From contig CAKOWE010000005.1 of assembly GCA_934122235.1 (NCBI GenBank), positions 1,330-65,329 on the forward strand: a DNA stretch of 64,000 bases. The letters are read 5' to 3'. Source of the stretch: an uncultured Clostridia bacterium (GTDB lineage Bacteria > Bacillota > Clostridia > TANB77 > CAG-508). Under the pieces are notes generated by a model. It made no database searches, was not told the DNA's origin, and saw only the letters and a list, made by a program, of their open reading frames with translations. A program made the translations under genes and the position numbers. The first letter of the stretch is position 1. Each line of letters opens with the position of its first letter. Below, one piece after another: positions 8,459-16,912 of the stretch.

Positions 8459-9038
8459 TCATAACAACATTGGTTGTATTTGCTCTTTATCTAATGCTTT
8501 TTTTATCGTATCAACTATATAATTAGAATCAAATACCAATGATCGTGGTTTGGTTATAGGATTATCTTGCCTAAACGGTACAAAGTATAGATGTTTCCTA
8601 TTTAATAGCTTTCCTATGCTCTCTGCACTCCCGTGATAGTCCATCATTTGTAGATATAGCAATGACTAATGGATTTTCATTTCTTAAATGCGACTTTGCA
8701 GCCATTAAAACTGGAGTATCTGTTATTCCGTTCGCCATTTTTCCTAATGTATTACCACTGCAAGGTGCGATTACCATTACATCAGTCAAATGCTTAGGTC
8801 CAATAGGTTCAGCTCCATCTATAGTATGAATAATTTCACTTTGAGTTATTTCTTTAATTTGGTTTATAAAATCCTCTGCTTTTCCAAATTTAGTATTCAT
8901 ATTATGTGCATTAAAAGACATTATAGGTATAATTTTAGCTCCTTCATCTATCAATTTGATCATTTGTGGTATAGTATTACTAAATGTACAAAAGGAACCA
9001 GTAAGTGCAAAGCCTATTTTTTTTCCTTCCAGTAACAT
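8459..9038 (-). CDS. dpaB: Dipicolinate synthase subunit B (SpoVFB/DpaB), interrupted by a +1 frame change at an in-frame CGG
   Basis: MLLEGKKIGFALTGSFCTF..VMVIAPCSGNTLGKMANGITDTPVLMAAK..ISTNDGLS then CGG. Skipping the C gives GSAESIGKLLNRKHLYFVPFRQDNP.., collinear with SpoVFB. The track splits this gene into 8598-9038 and 8459-8662. Confidence 0.8.
8631..8633 (-). other. In-frame CGG at the +1 frame-change site in dpaB
   Basis: Coding sense: cta tca CGG gag... The 0 frame stops after 10 more codons. The +1 frame (GGG AGT GCA..) stays open and homologous. Confidence 0.85.
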
Positions 9039-9161
9039 ATATATTTAGTTCCTCCTTTCGTTTGTATATATTATATACTATGAAATTATGTTAAGTTTTG
9101 TACACTATATAATAGTATATATAATAATATTTTTACTGTACTTGGCGTGTACATAACGTAA

Positions 9162-9190
9162 TTGACTTTTTAATTATTTTAATATATAAT
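9162..9190 (+). promoter_or_regulatory. Sigma-A-type promoter, TTGACT-17-TATAAT
   Basis: Consensus-like hexamers with a 17-nt spacer, about 45 nt upstream of the ATG at 9235. Confidence 0.45.
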
Positions 9191-9234
9191 TATTAAATTC
9201 CATTTAATAAAATGTGACATCTAGGAGGTATATA

Positions 9235-9537
9235 ATGTCAAATTTATCTTTACCTATTCATAACAATTATGAATTACGGAGTATGATTATTCAAATTATT
9301 TATGAACAAAAAGATGAGAGCTTTACATTGGACTCTATAGTTTCTACTGTTTCTGGACGCATACTGCCAAGTCACTTTAAGGAACAAGGTTATTGTCCGC
9401 TTTCTCCTACCAATGAAGCTTACATGATAACACCAAATAGAGTTTATATAAAATCATGTGTTGAAAGCATAATAACCGATTTCATTAAAACGGGTCAAGT
9501 AGCTCAAATCAACAATTTTTACTATGTTCTTAAGTAA
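9235..9537 (+). CDS. Hypothetical protein (100 aa), orphan
   Basis: AGGAGG RBS 7 nt before the ATG at 9235, with its own promoter and terminator. I recognise no family. Contains an in-frame CGG at 9277-9279. Confidence 0.5.
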   Translation: MSNLSLPIHNNYELRSMIIQIIYEQKDESFTLDSIVSTVSGRILPSHFKEQGYCPLSPTNEAYMITPNRVYIKSCVESIITDFIKTGQVAQINNFYYVLK

Positions 9538-9553
9538 GAAACCTAGACATTTT

Positions 9554-9588
9554 AGCGAATTGCCTTTTATTAGGTAATTCGCATTTTT
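9554..9588 (+). terminator. Rho-independent terminator
   Basis: 10-bp stem gcgaattgcc/ggtaattcgc followed by a T-run. Confidence 0.7.
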
Positions 9589-9721
9589 TATTTCCCCAAA
9601 AAGTGCACTTTACGAATTCCATAAACACTTTCTACACTATGTAAATTGCAATTATACTATTTCTATCTTTTTATTCTCACTTGTTTCTATGTGACATATA
9701 TTATTGTAGGAGGACTTTATT

Positions 9722-10363
9722 ATGAATATAATAGAAAAAAGTGAATTAAGTAACAAACTTAAATACAAAAGCACTGTTATTCTTACTTATAAAATCCAAT
9801 ATCCACAAATAAATTCATCTAATTATGAACTTGGAAAAAATGTTTTTAATCAATATAACAAAGAAAAAGCTATTCAATTAGAGAAACAAATCACAAATGA
9901 ATTATTTAAAGAAGCTAAGGAATTATATGATTATAATTCTTCTCATGGCTATCCAATTATGGTTTATGAAATCTTATTAACTTATAGCATAACTTATAAC
10001 AAAGGCTTTATTATAAGTTTATATTCTGATTTGTATGAATTTGTTGGAGGCGCACATGGAACAACACTTAGAAATTCTCAAAATTGGGATTTGCACACTG
10101 GTGTCCAACTTCCACTTGCATATTTTTATCCTAATAATTCTTACTATATAATTGATATACTGAAAGAAATTAATTCACAAATAAAAGAACAAATTGAAAA
10201 TGGAAGTAATCAGTATTTTGACAATTATTGTGAATTAGTTTTAGAAACTTTTAAATTAGATAATTATTATTTAACAAAAAACGCATTAGCTATATTTTTC
10301 CAACAATATGATATAGCACCATATTCAAGTGGAATTCCAATTTTCTATATAAAGTATAATTAA
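9722..10363 (+). CDS. DUF3298/DUF4163-type (RsiV/PdaC-like) domain protein
   Basis: ..LYEFVGGAHGTTLRNSQNWDLHTG.. and ..ALAIFFQQYDIAPYSSGIPIFYI, typical of this fold. Confidence 0.65.
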   Translation: MNIIEKSELSNKLKYKSTVILTYKIQYPQINSSNYELGKNVFNQYNKEKAIQLEKQITNELFKEAKELYDYNSSHGYPIMVYEILLTYSITYNKGFIISLYSDLYEFVGGAHGTTLRNSQNWDLHTGVQLPLAYFYPNNSYYIIDILKEINSQIKEQIENGSNQYFDNYCELVLETFKLDNYYLTKNALAIFFQQYDIAPYSSGIPIFYIKYN

Positions 10364-10378
10364 ATTTTCATTATAAGT

Positions 10379-10411
10379 AAAAAACTGTTGTATAAAATAC
10401 AACAGTTTTTT
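10379..10411. terminator. Bidirectional rho-independent terminator
   Basis: aaaaactgttgta-taaaa-tacaacagttttt, between convergent genes. Confidence 0.7.
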
Positions 10412-10417
10412 ACTTAT

Positions 10418-12334
10418 TTAAAATATTACAGCCTCTGTATAGTACTCATTATTATATATATCTGTTATTTTATAATATACATATAATGGTCCATCCTCGA
10501 TTTCTGTATAATTTACTTCTATCCCCTTATCATCTACCTGTATTTTGTCTCCTAATATGTAACTATTCTCATATTCTCCATCATATGTATAATAATCACA
10601 TATAAATTCAATCTTATCTCCTATTTCTATCTTTCTTAATCCTTTAGAATTAATTGTTGTATTTCCATATTGATTTTCAAGTTCTGCTCCTAATACTATT
10701 CCTTGTGGATTTTTTTCGTTCCATAATATTATTAAATTTGCCTCAGTATCATTTAATAATATTCTTATTTTGCCTTTTGAATATTTATCGGTTGATTCAT
10801 ATGTGTAAAATGGAACAATTTGGTCATTTATTGAAACCCATAATCTATCAAATGTAACTTTTAAATCTCCATCCTCATCTACTTCAAAATAATCATCACT
10901 TCCAAGATCTATATATCCTTCTCCATCATCAAACATTAACTCACATGTAATGTTTGTTATATTTTCCCAGTCTTCATCTGATATTTCTAAAGCATAATAT
11001 TCTCCTTTATCTATTATCTCTAGTTCTTGGTATTTGTTTTCTTCATAGGTTTCTTGATTAGCATTTATTATTTGTTCATCATACCAATCATATTGTTCAT
11101 AATTTTCATTAATAGAATAAGTGTGTGAATTAATTTTATATGTTTTTTCTTTTCCTCCTACTAATTGATTAACAAATTTTGTAATTGTTCTTGTGTATCT
11201 TTCGTCTATGCCAATATTTTTATATATTTTTATCATATCTTTAAAATATGATAAATCTGTATATGGTATATAAATTGATATTCCGTATGTATTTTCTACC
11301 AAGTCGGTATTTCGATAATATACAACTGTTTCTTTGATTTGGTTTATTAATTTTTCACTCACATTATTATCAATTTGTTTTGCAAAATCCATTAAATCAA
11401 TTATATCGTATTCTCCTTCAGCAAAGGATTTAGTTTTTCCAATTGCTTTTGAAACAACTGCAAATTGATTTTGATTTAATTTTTCAGTTTCTATTTTTTC
11501 CATAAACTCATATAAAGCATTATATAAATCATCTATTTTATTTAAATCTATAACGCTTAAAGTTGCATCTCCAAAATCAAACAAGCCATTATTACTTTCA
11601 ATAAATTTATCTACTATTGTTTGTGCTATTTCCACTGTATCCGCTGAAGTATTGCTAGATAATTTATTTAGGAAGCTTTTATATTCCCAGCCCGTTCCAG
11701 GCTCAGTTTCTTCGGAAGCTATTAAATAATTTGCATAATCTTTTATACTATAAGCAGTTTCTACATTAGCCATTAAGCAAGCATCAAATCCAATAAATTC
11801 AAACTTAACTTGTGAATATTCCAACGCTTCTTTTAATTCATCTATTGTTAATGTATCATCATCTATTGCATTTTCATCATACCCAAAACCACTAATAGCT
11901 CCACCACCATGATCCCATAATATTAAACCAAATTTATCAGCAGGATATTCATTTTTACAATAAGTTATAAAATTTATAAGTGTCTCTGGTTTTGTCATTT
12001 CTTGCATTCCCAAATCATTATTAACTAAACATAACTCTTTATTTTCGACTTTATATATTTGATTAGAGTTGTCAGATATTCCATAATTCTGCCACTCTGT
12101 TGTTCCACCAGTTTCTATAAGTAAATTTATCTTGCTGTCAACTGTTGCACTTAGCATTTCTGTAATATCGTCCGTAGCACATCCATTTTCAGACTCTAAG
12201 TCAGATGCACACATATATACCATTAATGTATATGTATCAGTTCCTGAATTTTCTATTTTTTCTTCATCAAGTAGTAAAACTAATATTACTATTATAATAA
12301 TTGCTATAATTCCTGTTTTTAATATTTTTTTCAT
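10418..12334 (-). CDS. Clostripain-family (peptidase C11) secreted protease
   Basis: Signal/TM N-terminus, then YTLMVYMCASDLES..LILWDHGGG..FIGFDACLMANVE (His/Cys dyad context of C11). Confidence 0.8.
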   Translation of the reverse strand: MKKILKTGIIAIIIIVILVLLLDEEKIENSGTDTYTLMVYMCASDLESENGCATDDITEMLSATVDSKINLLIETGGTTEWQNYGISDNSNQIYKVENKELCLVNNDLGMQEMTKPETLINFITYCKNEYPADKFGLILWDHGGGAISGFGYDENAIDDDTLTIDELKEALEYSQVKFEFIGFDACLMANVETAYSIKDYANYLIASEETEPGTGWEYKSFLNKLSSNTSADTVEIAQTIVDKFIESNNGLFDFGDATLSVIDLNKIDDLYNALYEFMEKIETEKLNQNQFAVVSKAIGKTKSFAEGEYDIIDLMDFAKQIDNNVSEKLINQIKETVVYYRNTDLVENTYGISIYIPYTDLSYFKDMIKIYKNIGIDERYTRTITKFVNQLVGGKEKTYKINSHTYSINENYEQYDWYDEQIINANQETYEENKYQELEIIDKGEYYALEISDEDWENITNITCELMFDDGEGYIDLGSDDYFEVDEDGDLKVTFDRLWVSINDQIVPFYTYESTDKYSKGKIRILLNDTEANLIILWNEKNPQGIVLGAELENQYGNTTINSKGLRKIEIGDKIEFICDYYTYDGEYENSYILGDKIQVDDKGIEVNYTEIEDGPLYVYYKITDIYNNEYYTEAVIF

Positions 12335-12418
12335 TTAACCACTCCTTTTACATTTTATTCTTAATTTGTTTTATTATATCTTACTATAAAGAACTGGTCA
12401 ATAATTGCATAAAAAAAT

Positions 12419-12460
12419 GCATTTACAAATGTTATACAAAAAACTAACTTTTGTAAATGC
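12419..12460 (-). terminator. Rho-independent terminator
   Basis: 11-bp stem gcatttacaaa/tttgtaaatgc, with a T-run downstream in minus sense. Confidence 0.55.
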
Positions 12461-12500
12461 CCTTCAAAACAAGTATATTTTATTAATCATTATTATTTGT

Positions 12501-13403
12501 TTAGATAATTACTTCTATTATGTGATTATAACTTTCTCCTCCATCCATTGCATATATATTAGCTACAACACATATATTTCCATTTGCATTTAAAAACATT
12601 GGAACTTTTTTTGCTGAACAGTTACTACTTGAAATAGTTAGTTGAAGCTGCTCATCATAAAAATTGGCTCTTTCTTGTATTTCTGTTTTTGGCCATTGTA
12701 AGGTTTGCACATCATCTTTAGTACCATATTCTTCTATAAATTTTGCTTTATATAATTCTTTCAATTTATTTTCTAAATCAGATTCTTTTACCTGTTTTAA
12801 TTTAATTAAATCTAAATTTTCTATTACTGTACCATCATATATATCTACATTGTATACTTTGTATACTTTTAATCCACCGGTATGCAAGGTTTCTATAACT
12901 AATGATAAAATATTATTATTAATATATGCATTATATTTTATTTCCATTATACTTAGAGTATAAAATTTATTATCTTTTTCTATAGACTGATATTCTGCTA
13001 ATACCTCCTCTAAGTCAGTTTTGTAATATTTTTCTATTTCATTATTTATTGTATCAATATTTTTTAAATTAATATTAATATATGGAATTTTATATGAATA
13101 TTGATTTGCTAAAGTTATTTCATATGAAGAATATACAATTTCTTTACTCTCATCTAATTTATTAACTTTTTTGATTTGAGTATTTTCATTTTCTTTCTGT
13201 TCTGTTTTAGCAGTTGGCGTTTGTACTACTGGTGATTGGATACTAAATGTTTCTGAAACTGGATTTTCTTTATAATTATTTGTACTATCGTCTGAATTAT
13301 TATGGCTTACTACGTTAAAATAATAAATTGCTCCTATTGTAATTAATATAAGAATGCATAATACTATACTTATAATGATAATTTTTGTCTTTTTATTTTC
13401 CAT
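12501..13403 (-). CDS. Hypothetical membrane-anchored protein
   Basis: 300-aa ORF with an N-terminal TM segment (IIIISIVLCILILITIGAIYYF) and native AT-rich codon usage. No family recognised. Confidence 0.6.
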   Translation of the reverse strand: MENKKTKIIIISIVLCILILITIGAIYYFNVVSHNNSDDSTNNYKENPVSETFSIQSPVVQTPTAKTEQKENENTQIKKVNKLDESKEIVYSSYEITLANQYSYKIPYININLKNIDTINNEIEKYYKTDLEEVLAEYQSIEKDNKFYTLSIMEIKYNAYINNNILSLVIETLHTGGLKVYKVYNVDIYDGTVIENLDLIKLKQVKESDLENKLKELYKAKFIEEYGTKDDVQTLQWPKTEIQERANFYDEQLQLTISSSNCSAKKVPMFLNANGNICVVANIYAMDGGESYNHIIEVII

Positions 13404-13488
13404 ATTTTATTCCTCCTATATTTTTTAATAAGTATATCATATCGATTAATATTTTACAACGTGCATTGCTAATTGGATTTTAAAATAT

Positions 13489-13517
13489 TTGTAAAATTTG
13501 CAATCTTATGTTATAAT
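13489..13517 (+). promoter_or_regulatory. Extended -10 sigma-A promoter, TTGTAA-17-(TGt)TATAAT
   Basis: Hexamers with a 17-nt spacer and a TG at -15/-14. It lies about 80 nt upstream of the ATG at 13598. Confidence 0.45.
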
Positions 13518-13597
13518 TAGATTATGTAAATTAATCAATTCTTCCTTTCGAGACTACATGTAACGACAGGATGACAAATATTTTTAAGGAGGACATT

Positions 13598-14764
13598 ATG
13601 TTACACTTAAACTACAAGCAGCTCAAAGCTGCAAATGAGGTTTTCAGACGGTTGAACAAACTTCGTCGCTGGACTAGCATTATCTCAAAAGGCACTTACA
13701 ACGAACTCAACAAGCAGGCTTTAAATTGCATCATCGCATATATCCTAGCTTGTTTCGTTGAAGAATCCGGTGAGCTTGTTGTATGGGAGCGTTTCCCAAA
13801 AATTGCTCTCTACAGAGCATTTCAGAAAATTTATATTGTGTTTAACACACCTGAGTTTAAATACAATGAAATTTTTGAACTCGGCAACATCAGTAAAACT
13901 CAGTTTCATATGACAACCAGGGAAAAAATCATAGCAGAATCTGACGAAGAATTTGCTGACTTTTTGTGTGAAGCCATTGGCACTTACGAAGAAACCATTT
14001 ACAAAGCTGCTACTAAAGTTGCAACTTACATTGAATTGCAAGAATTGGAACGTCAATGTCCCTCAACGCTTTACCACAAGAAGCTCAAAGATATTCTTAA
14101 TGCCCTGAAGACATATGATAAACTTCCTGGAATGGATGTGCTTTTAGATGTAGACAGTAACATTTTTAAGCTTCTTCAGTTCATTTCCAACTCCGGTTTA
14201 CGTCATCACTTAAGATGGTGTGAGATTGGATACCTACAGGAATGCTCTATTCTTGGACACCTCTTCGACACCGCTTGTTTCTCTTACTTCATGAGTCTTG
14301 AACTTGAACCGAGCAATGAAAGGCTTGCCACAGACAGGTTCTTTATGGGAATCTATCACGATTTGGCGGAAGCATGGACAACAGATATTCCTTCACCTAT
14401 AAAGGATTATATCGTTGGTTTCCGTGATGCTTGCGAGCAATACGAACAGAAAATTCTTGAGGAACAGGTATACTCAAAAATGCCTGATTTCATGAAGGAA
14501 AAGATGAGAGCAGTAATGTTCGAAGATGAATCAAACATCGCTAAACACAAAGCACTTATTAAAGGTGGCGACTATCTCTCTGCTGATTCTGAATGCTGGA
14601 GGCAGTATGTACTTGGATCTAGAGATCCGTACTTTAAGAAAGCAATGGATAGAAGACTTGACGGAATCAAGAGTGGCAAAGTTACCTTAACTCCGTGTTG
14701 TAAAATGCTGTTCGACTATTTCAGAAGCTACGCTAATAAACTTCATCTGGAAGACTTAGAGTAA
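13598..14764 (+). CDS. Tandem YfbR-like HD-domain protein (degenerate N-terminal copy plus an intact C-terminal HD phosphohydrolase/5'-nucleotidase-like copy)
   Basis: C-terminal half: LRHHLRWCEIGYLQECSILGHLFD..GIYHDLAEAWTTDIPSPIK (an RW..H..HD..D pattern as in YfbR-type HD enzymes). N-terminal half: LNKLRRWTSII..NKQALNCIIAYILA, lacking His/Asp. AAGGAGG RBS before the ATG at 13598. A 60-nt sample counted at the 5' end is 40% GC, against about 20% for a neighbouring gene. Confidence 0.6.
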   Translation: MLHLNYKQLKAANEVFRRLNKLRRWTSIISKGTYNELNKQALNCIIAYILACFVEESGELVVWERFPKIALYRAFQKIYIVFNTPEFKYNEIFELGNISKTQFHMTTREKIIAESDEEFADFLCEAIGTYEETIYKAATKVATYIELQELERQCPSTLYHKKLKDILNALKTYDKLPGMDVLLDVDSNIFKLLQFISNSGLRHHLRWCEIGYLQECSILGHLFDTACFSYFMSLELEPSNERLATDRFFMGIYHDLAEAWTTDIPSPIKDYIVGFRDACEQYEQKILEEQVYSKMPDFMKEKMRAVMFEDESNIAKHKALIKGGDYLSADSECWRQYVLGSRDPYFKKAMDRRLDGIKSGKVTLTPCCKMLFDYFRSYANKLHLEDLE

Positions 14765-14784
14765 ATAAGTTGTAACCACAAAAG

Positions 14785-14820
14785 TAACCCCCTATTTCTT
14801 ATTAGATTTAGGGGGTTTTA
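14785..14820. terminator. Bidirectional rho-independent terminator
   Basis: aaccccct..agggggtt stem followed by a T-run, between convergent genes. Confidence 0.7.
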
Positions 14821-14838
14821 CTTTAAATTTTACACTTT

Positions 14839-15474
14839 TTATTGCTTTCCACAATCGCAATCATTAACGTTATCTTGATTCATATTACAAGTATTATTCA
14901 TATAGAATTTTCTTTCTGCTAATTTATCCTGTACTCCTCTTAATGCTTCTCCGAATCTTTGGAAGTGAACTATTTCTCTTTCCCTCAAAAAACGAAGTGG
15001 ATCTATAACATCAGGTTCGTCTCTACATAAATCTATTAATTTCTCATAAGTTGCTCTAGCTTTTTGCTCTGCTGCTAAATCTTCTTGTAAATTTGCAATA
15101 GGATCTCCTTTACAAGCTATATAAGAAGCTGTAAATGGGACTCCTGCAGCAGATTGAGGATACACATCAAGTCCATGATCTGTGTAATATGGTGATAAAC
15201 CTGCTTTTTCTATTTCTTCTATAGTTGCTCCTTGTGTTAATTGGTGAACTATAGAACCTACCATTTCTAAGTGAGCAAGTTCTTCAGTTCCAATATCGTT
15301 TAATATTGCTTTTGCATTTTGATCTGGCATTCCAAATCTTTGTGATAAATATCTTAAAGAAGCTGCAAGTTCTCCATCAGGTCCTCCATATTGAGATATA
15401 ATAACTTTTGCTAGTCTTGGATTTGGACATTTTATATTTACTGGATATTCTAATCTCTTATCATAACTCCACAT
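14839..15474 (-). CDS. cotJC: Spore coat protein CotJC (manganese-catalase family)
   Basis: MWSYDKRLEYPVNIKCPNPRLAKVIISQYGGPDGELAASLRYLSQRF..EELAHLEMV. Confidence 0.9.
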   Translation of the reverse strand: MWSYDKRLEYPVNIKCPNPRLAKVIISQYGGPDGELAASLRYLSQRFGMPDQNAKAILNDIGTEELAHLEMVGSIVHQLTQGATIEEIEKAGLSPYYTDHGLDVYPQSAAGVPFTASYIACKGDPIANLQEDLAAEQKARATYEKLIDLCRDEPDVIDPLRFLREREIVHFQRFGEALRGVQDKLAERKFYMNNTCNMNQDNVNDCDCGKQ

Positions 15475-15475
15475 A

Positions 15476-15742
15476 TTAATTTAATTCTCCTTCCCATGGC
15501 CAAGGTTCTTCTAACCATCTCCACTTATTGCAAGGGAATTTTATAGTTAGTGGTCCATACATTTTTTGATATTTGTCTTCTAAGTCTTTCACAACTTTAC
15601 AATATTCATTATGCAAGCATAATGCTTTTCTATCATCGGGATGTGTATCTAAATATAAAGCAAGCTCAATTATTGAAAAATTGTATTCTTTTATTTTCAT
15701 TAACATTTCTTCTCTTGTTTGTTCTATACAATTGTTATGCAT
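15476..15742 (-). CDS. cotJB: Spore coat protein CotJB
   Basis: ..YNFSIIELALYLDTHPDD..YGPLT; its position lies between cotJA and cotJC. Confidence 0.85.
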   Translation of the reverse strand: MHNNCIEQTREEMLMKIKEYNFSIIELALYLDTHPDDRKALCLHNEYCKVVKDLEDKYQKMYGPLTIKFPCNKWRWLEEPWPWEGELN

Positions 15743-16079
15743 TGTTACATCCCTCCCCTATTGAATTAGTATTTCTTATATATTCAATTTCTGCCATAGA
15801 TTGCCCAGGCATATATGGACTAACTAATTCTGGAAAAATAGTTCCCATTCTTAATCCAACTTCTGGTGTAAATGTCTGATTCATTGTTTGTATTGGTACA
15901 TATGACTGTCCAAACATATAATTTGATGGAAAAACACCACATTCATCATCAAAACCACATTCACATGCATTCATATCACAATTGCAATAATTAACTTCAT
16001 CACATATATCTTCCAACATATTTTCATTATTATTGCAATTACATTTATTACATTTTTGGCATCTGTAATGTCTATACAT
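15735..16079 (-). CDS. cotJA: Spore coat-associated protein CotJA, with a Cys-rich N-terminal extension
   Basis: C-terminal ..GQSYVPIQTMNQTFTPEVGLRMGTIFPELVSPY. It overlaps cotJB by 8 nt. Confidence 0.75.
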   Translation of the reverse strand: MYRHYRCQKCNKCNCNNNENMLEDICDEVNYCNCDMNACECGFDDECGVFPSNYMFGQSYVPIQTMNQTFTPEVGLRMGTIFPELVSPYMPGQSMAEIEYIRNTNSIGEGCNNA

Positions 16080-16139
16080 TTATATTCCTCCTTATATTTG
16101 GCATATATTACATAATATGTTTAATATTATTTTTTGTGC

Positions 16140-16177
16140 AAAAAGGAGCACTTCATTATTATATGAAGTGCTCCTTT
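16140..16177 (-). terminator. Rho-independent terminator
   Basis: 16-bp stem aaaaggagcacttcat/atgaagtgctcctttt, with a T-run in minus sense. Confidence 0.7.
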
Positions 16178-16191
16178 TCTATGTATGTTGT

Positions 16192-16815
16192 TTATTTTTT
16201 ATTTTTTATTTTTATTAGTTGATTATCTATTTTATTTAATAATTTGGCATAAACTGATAACTTAAAAGAATCAAATATAGAAATTTTATTTACTGATTTG
16301 TATCTTATTTTATGTTCCGTAGTTGCCCAAAAATCCATTGCCATAGTACGAATTTGTATTTCTGCTTTTACATATATTGTTTCTTCTTGCAAAACTACTG
16401 GAACTTCAACAATTAAATGATATCCTGAATATCCACTTCTTTTAGGTTTCTTTATATAATCCTTTTCCTTTAATATATTAATATTAGGTATTTCAGATAA
16501 AATATTTCTAATTAATTTTATATTAGTTTTAAATGGACATACAACTCTTACTCCTGCAATATCATCAATATATTTTATCATATTATTGCAATTAACCTCA
16601 TAATGTTTTCGCTTCAGTTTATCAAATATGCTTTGTGGTGTTTTTAATCTACTTGTTACTGTATTTATTATATCATATCCATAAAACTCTTTCGCTTCTC
16701 CTTTTAATGTTATAAGTATATTTTCCAATGTGTTTTTTGCCTGCATGTAAGCAGTCATTAATTTATCGAAATCAGATTGGTTTACATTAATTGCTATTAG
16801 CTGATCTCCTTGCAA
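16192..16815 (-). CDS. Small alarmone synthetase (RelA/SpoT-domain GTP pyrophosphokinase, RelQ/RelP-like)
   Basis: ..IDDIAGVRVVCPF..SGYSGYHLIVEVP..EIQIRTMAMDFWATTEHKIRYK. The start codon is uncertain (TTG in the track). Confidence 0.8.
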   Translation of the reverse strand: MQGDQLIAINVNQSDFDKLMTAYMQAKNTLENILITLKGEAKEFYGYDIINTVTSRLKTPQSIFDKLKRKHYEVNCNNMIKYIDDIAGVRVVCPFKTNIKLIRNILSEIPNINILKEKDYIKKPKRSGYSGYHLIVEVPVVLQEETIYVKAEIQIRTMAMDFWATTEHKIRYKSVNKISIFDSFKLSVYAKLLNKIDNQLIKIKNKK

Positions 16816-16912
16816 ATACTTTTTATTTTTTGATGTTAGTGCTGGTCTTTTAATCCCCTCCTTTCTTTTGTTTGTATTTTATAGTTAAATTATTAAAATA
16901 AACTTAAATATA

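Noticed and set aside
12405-12593. Intergenic or edge ORFs 12405-12593 and 51266-51478.
   Set aside because: They are AT-rich, low-complexity and lack an RBS. They overlap terminator or promoter regions and the 3' ends of real genes.
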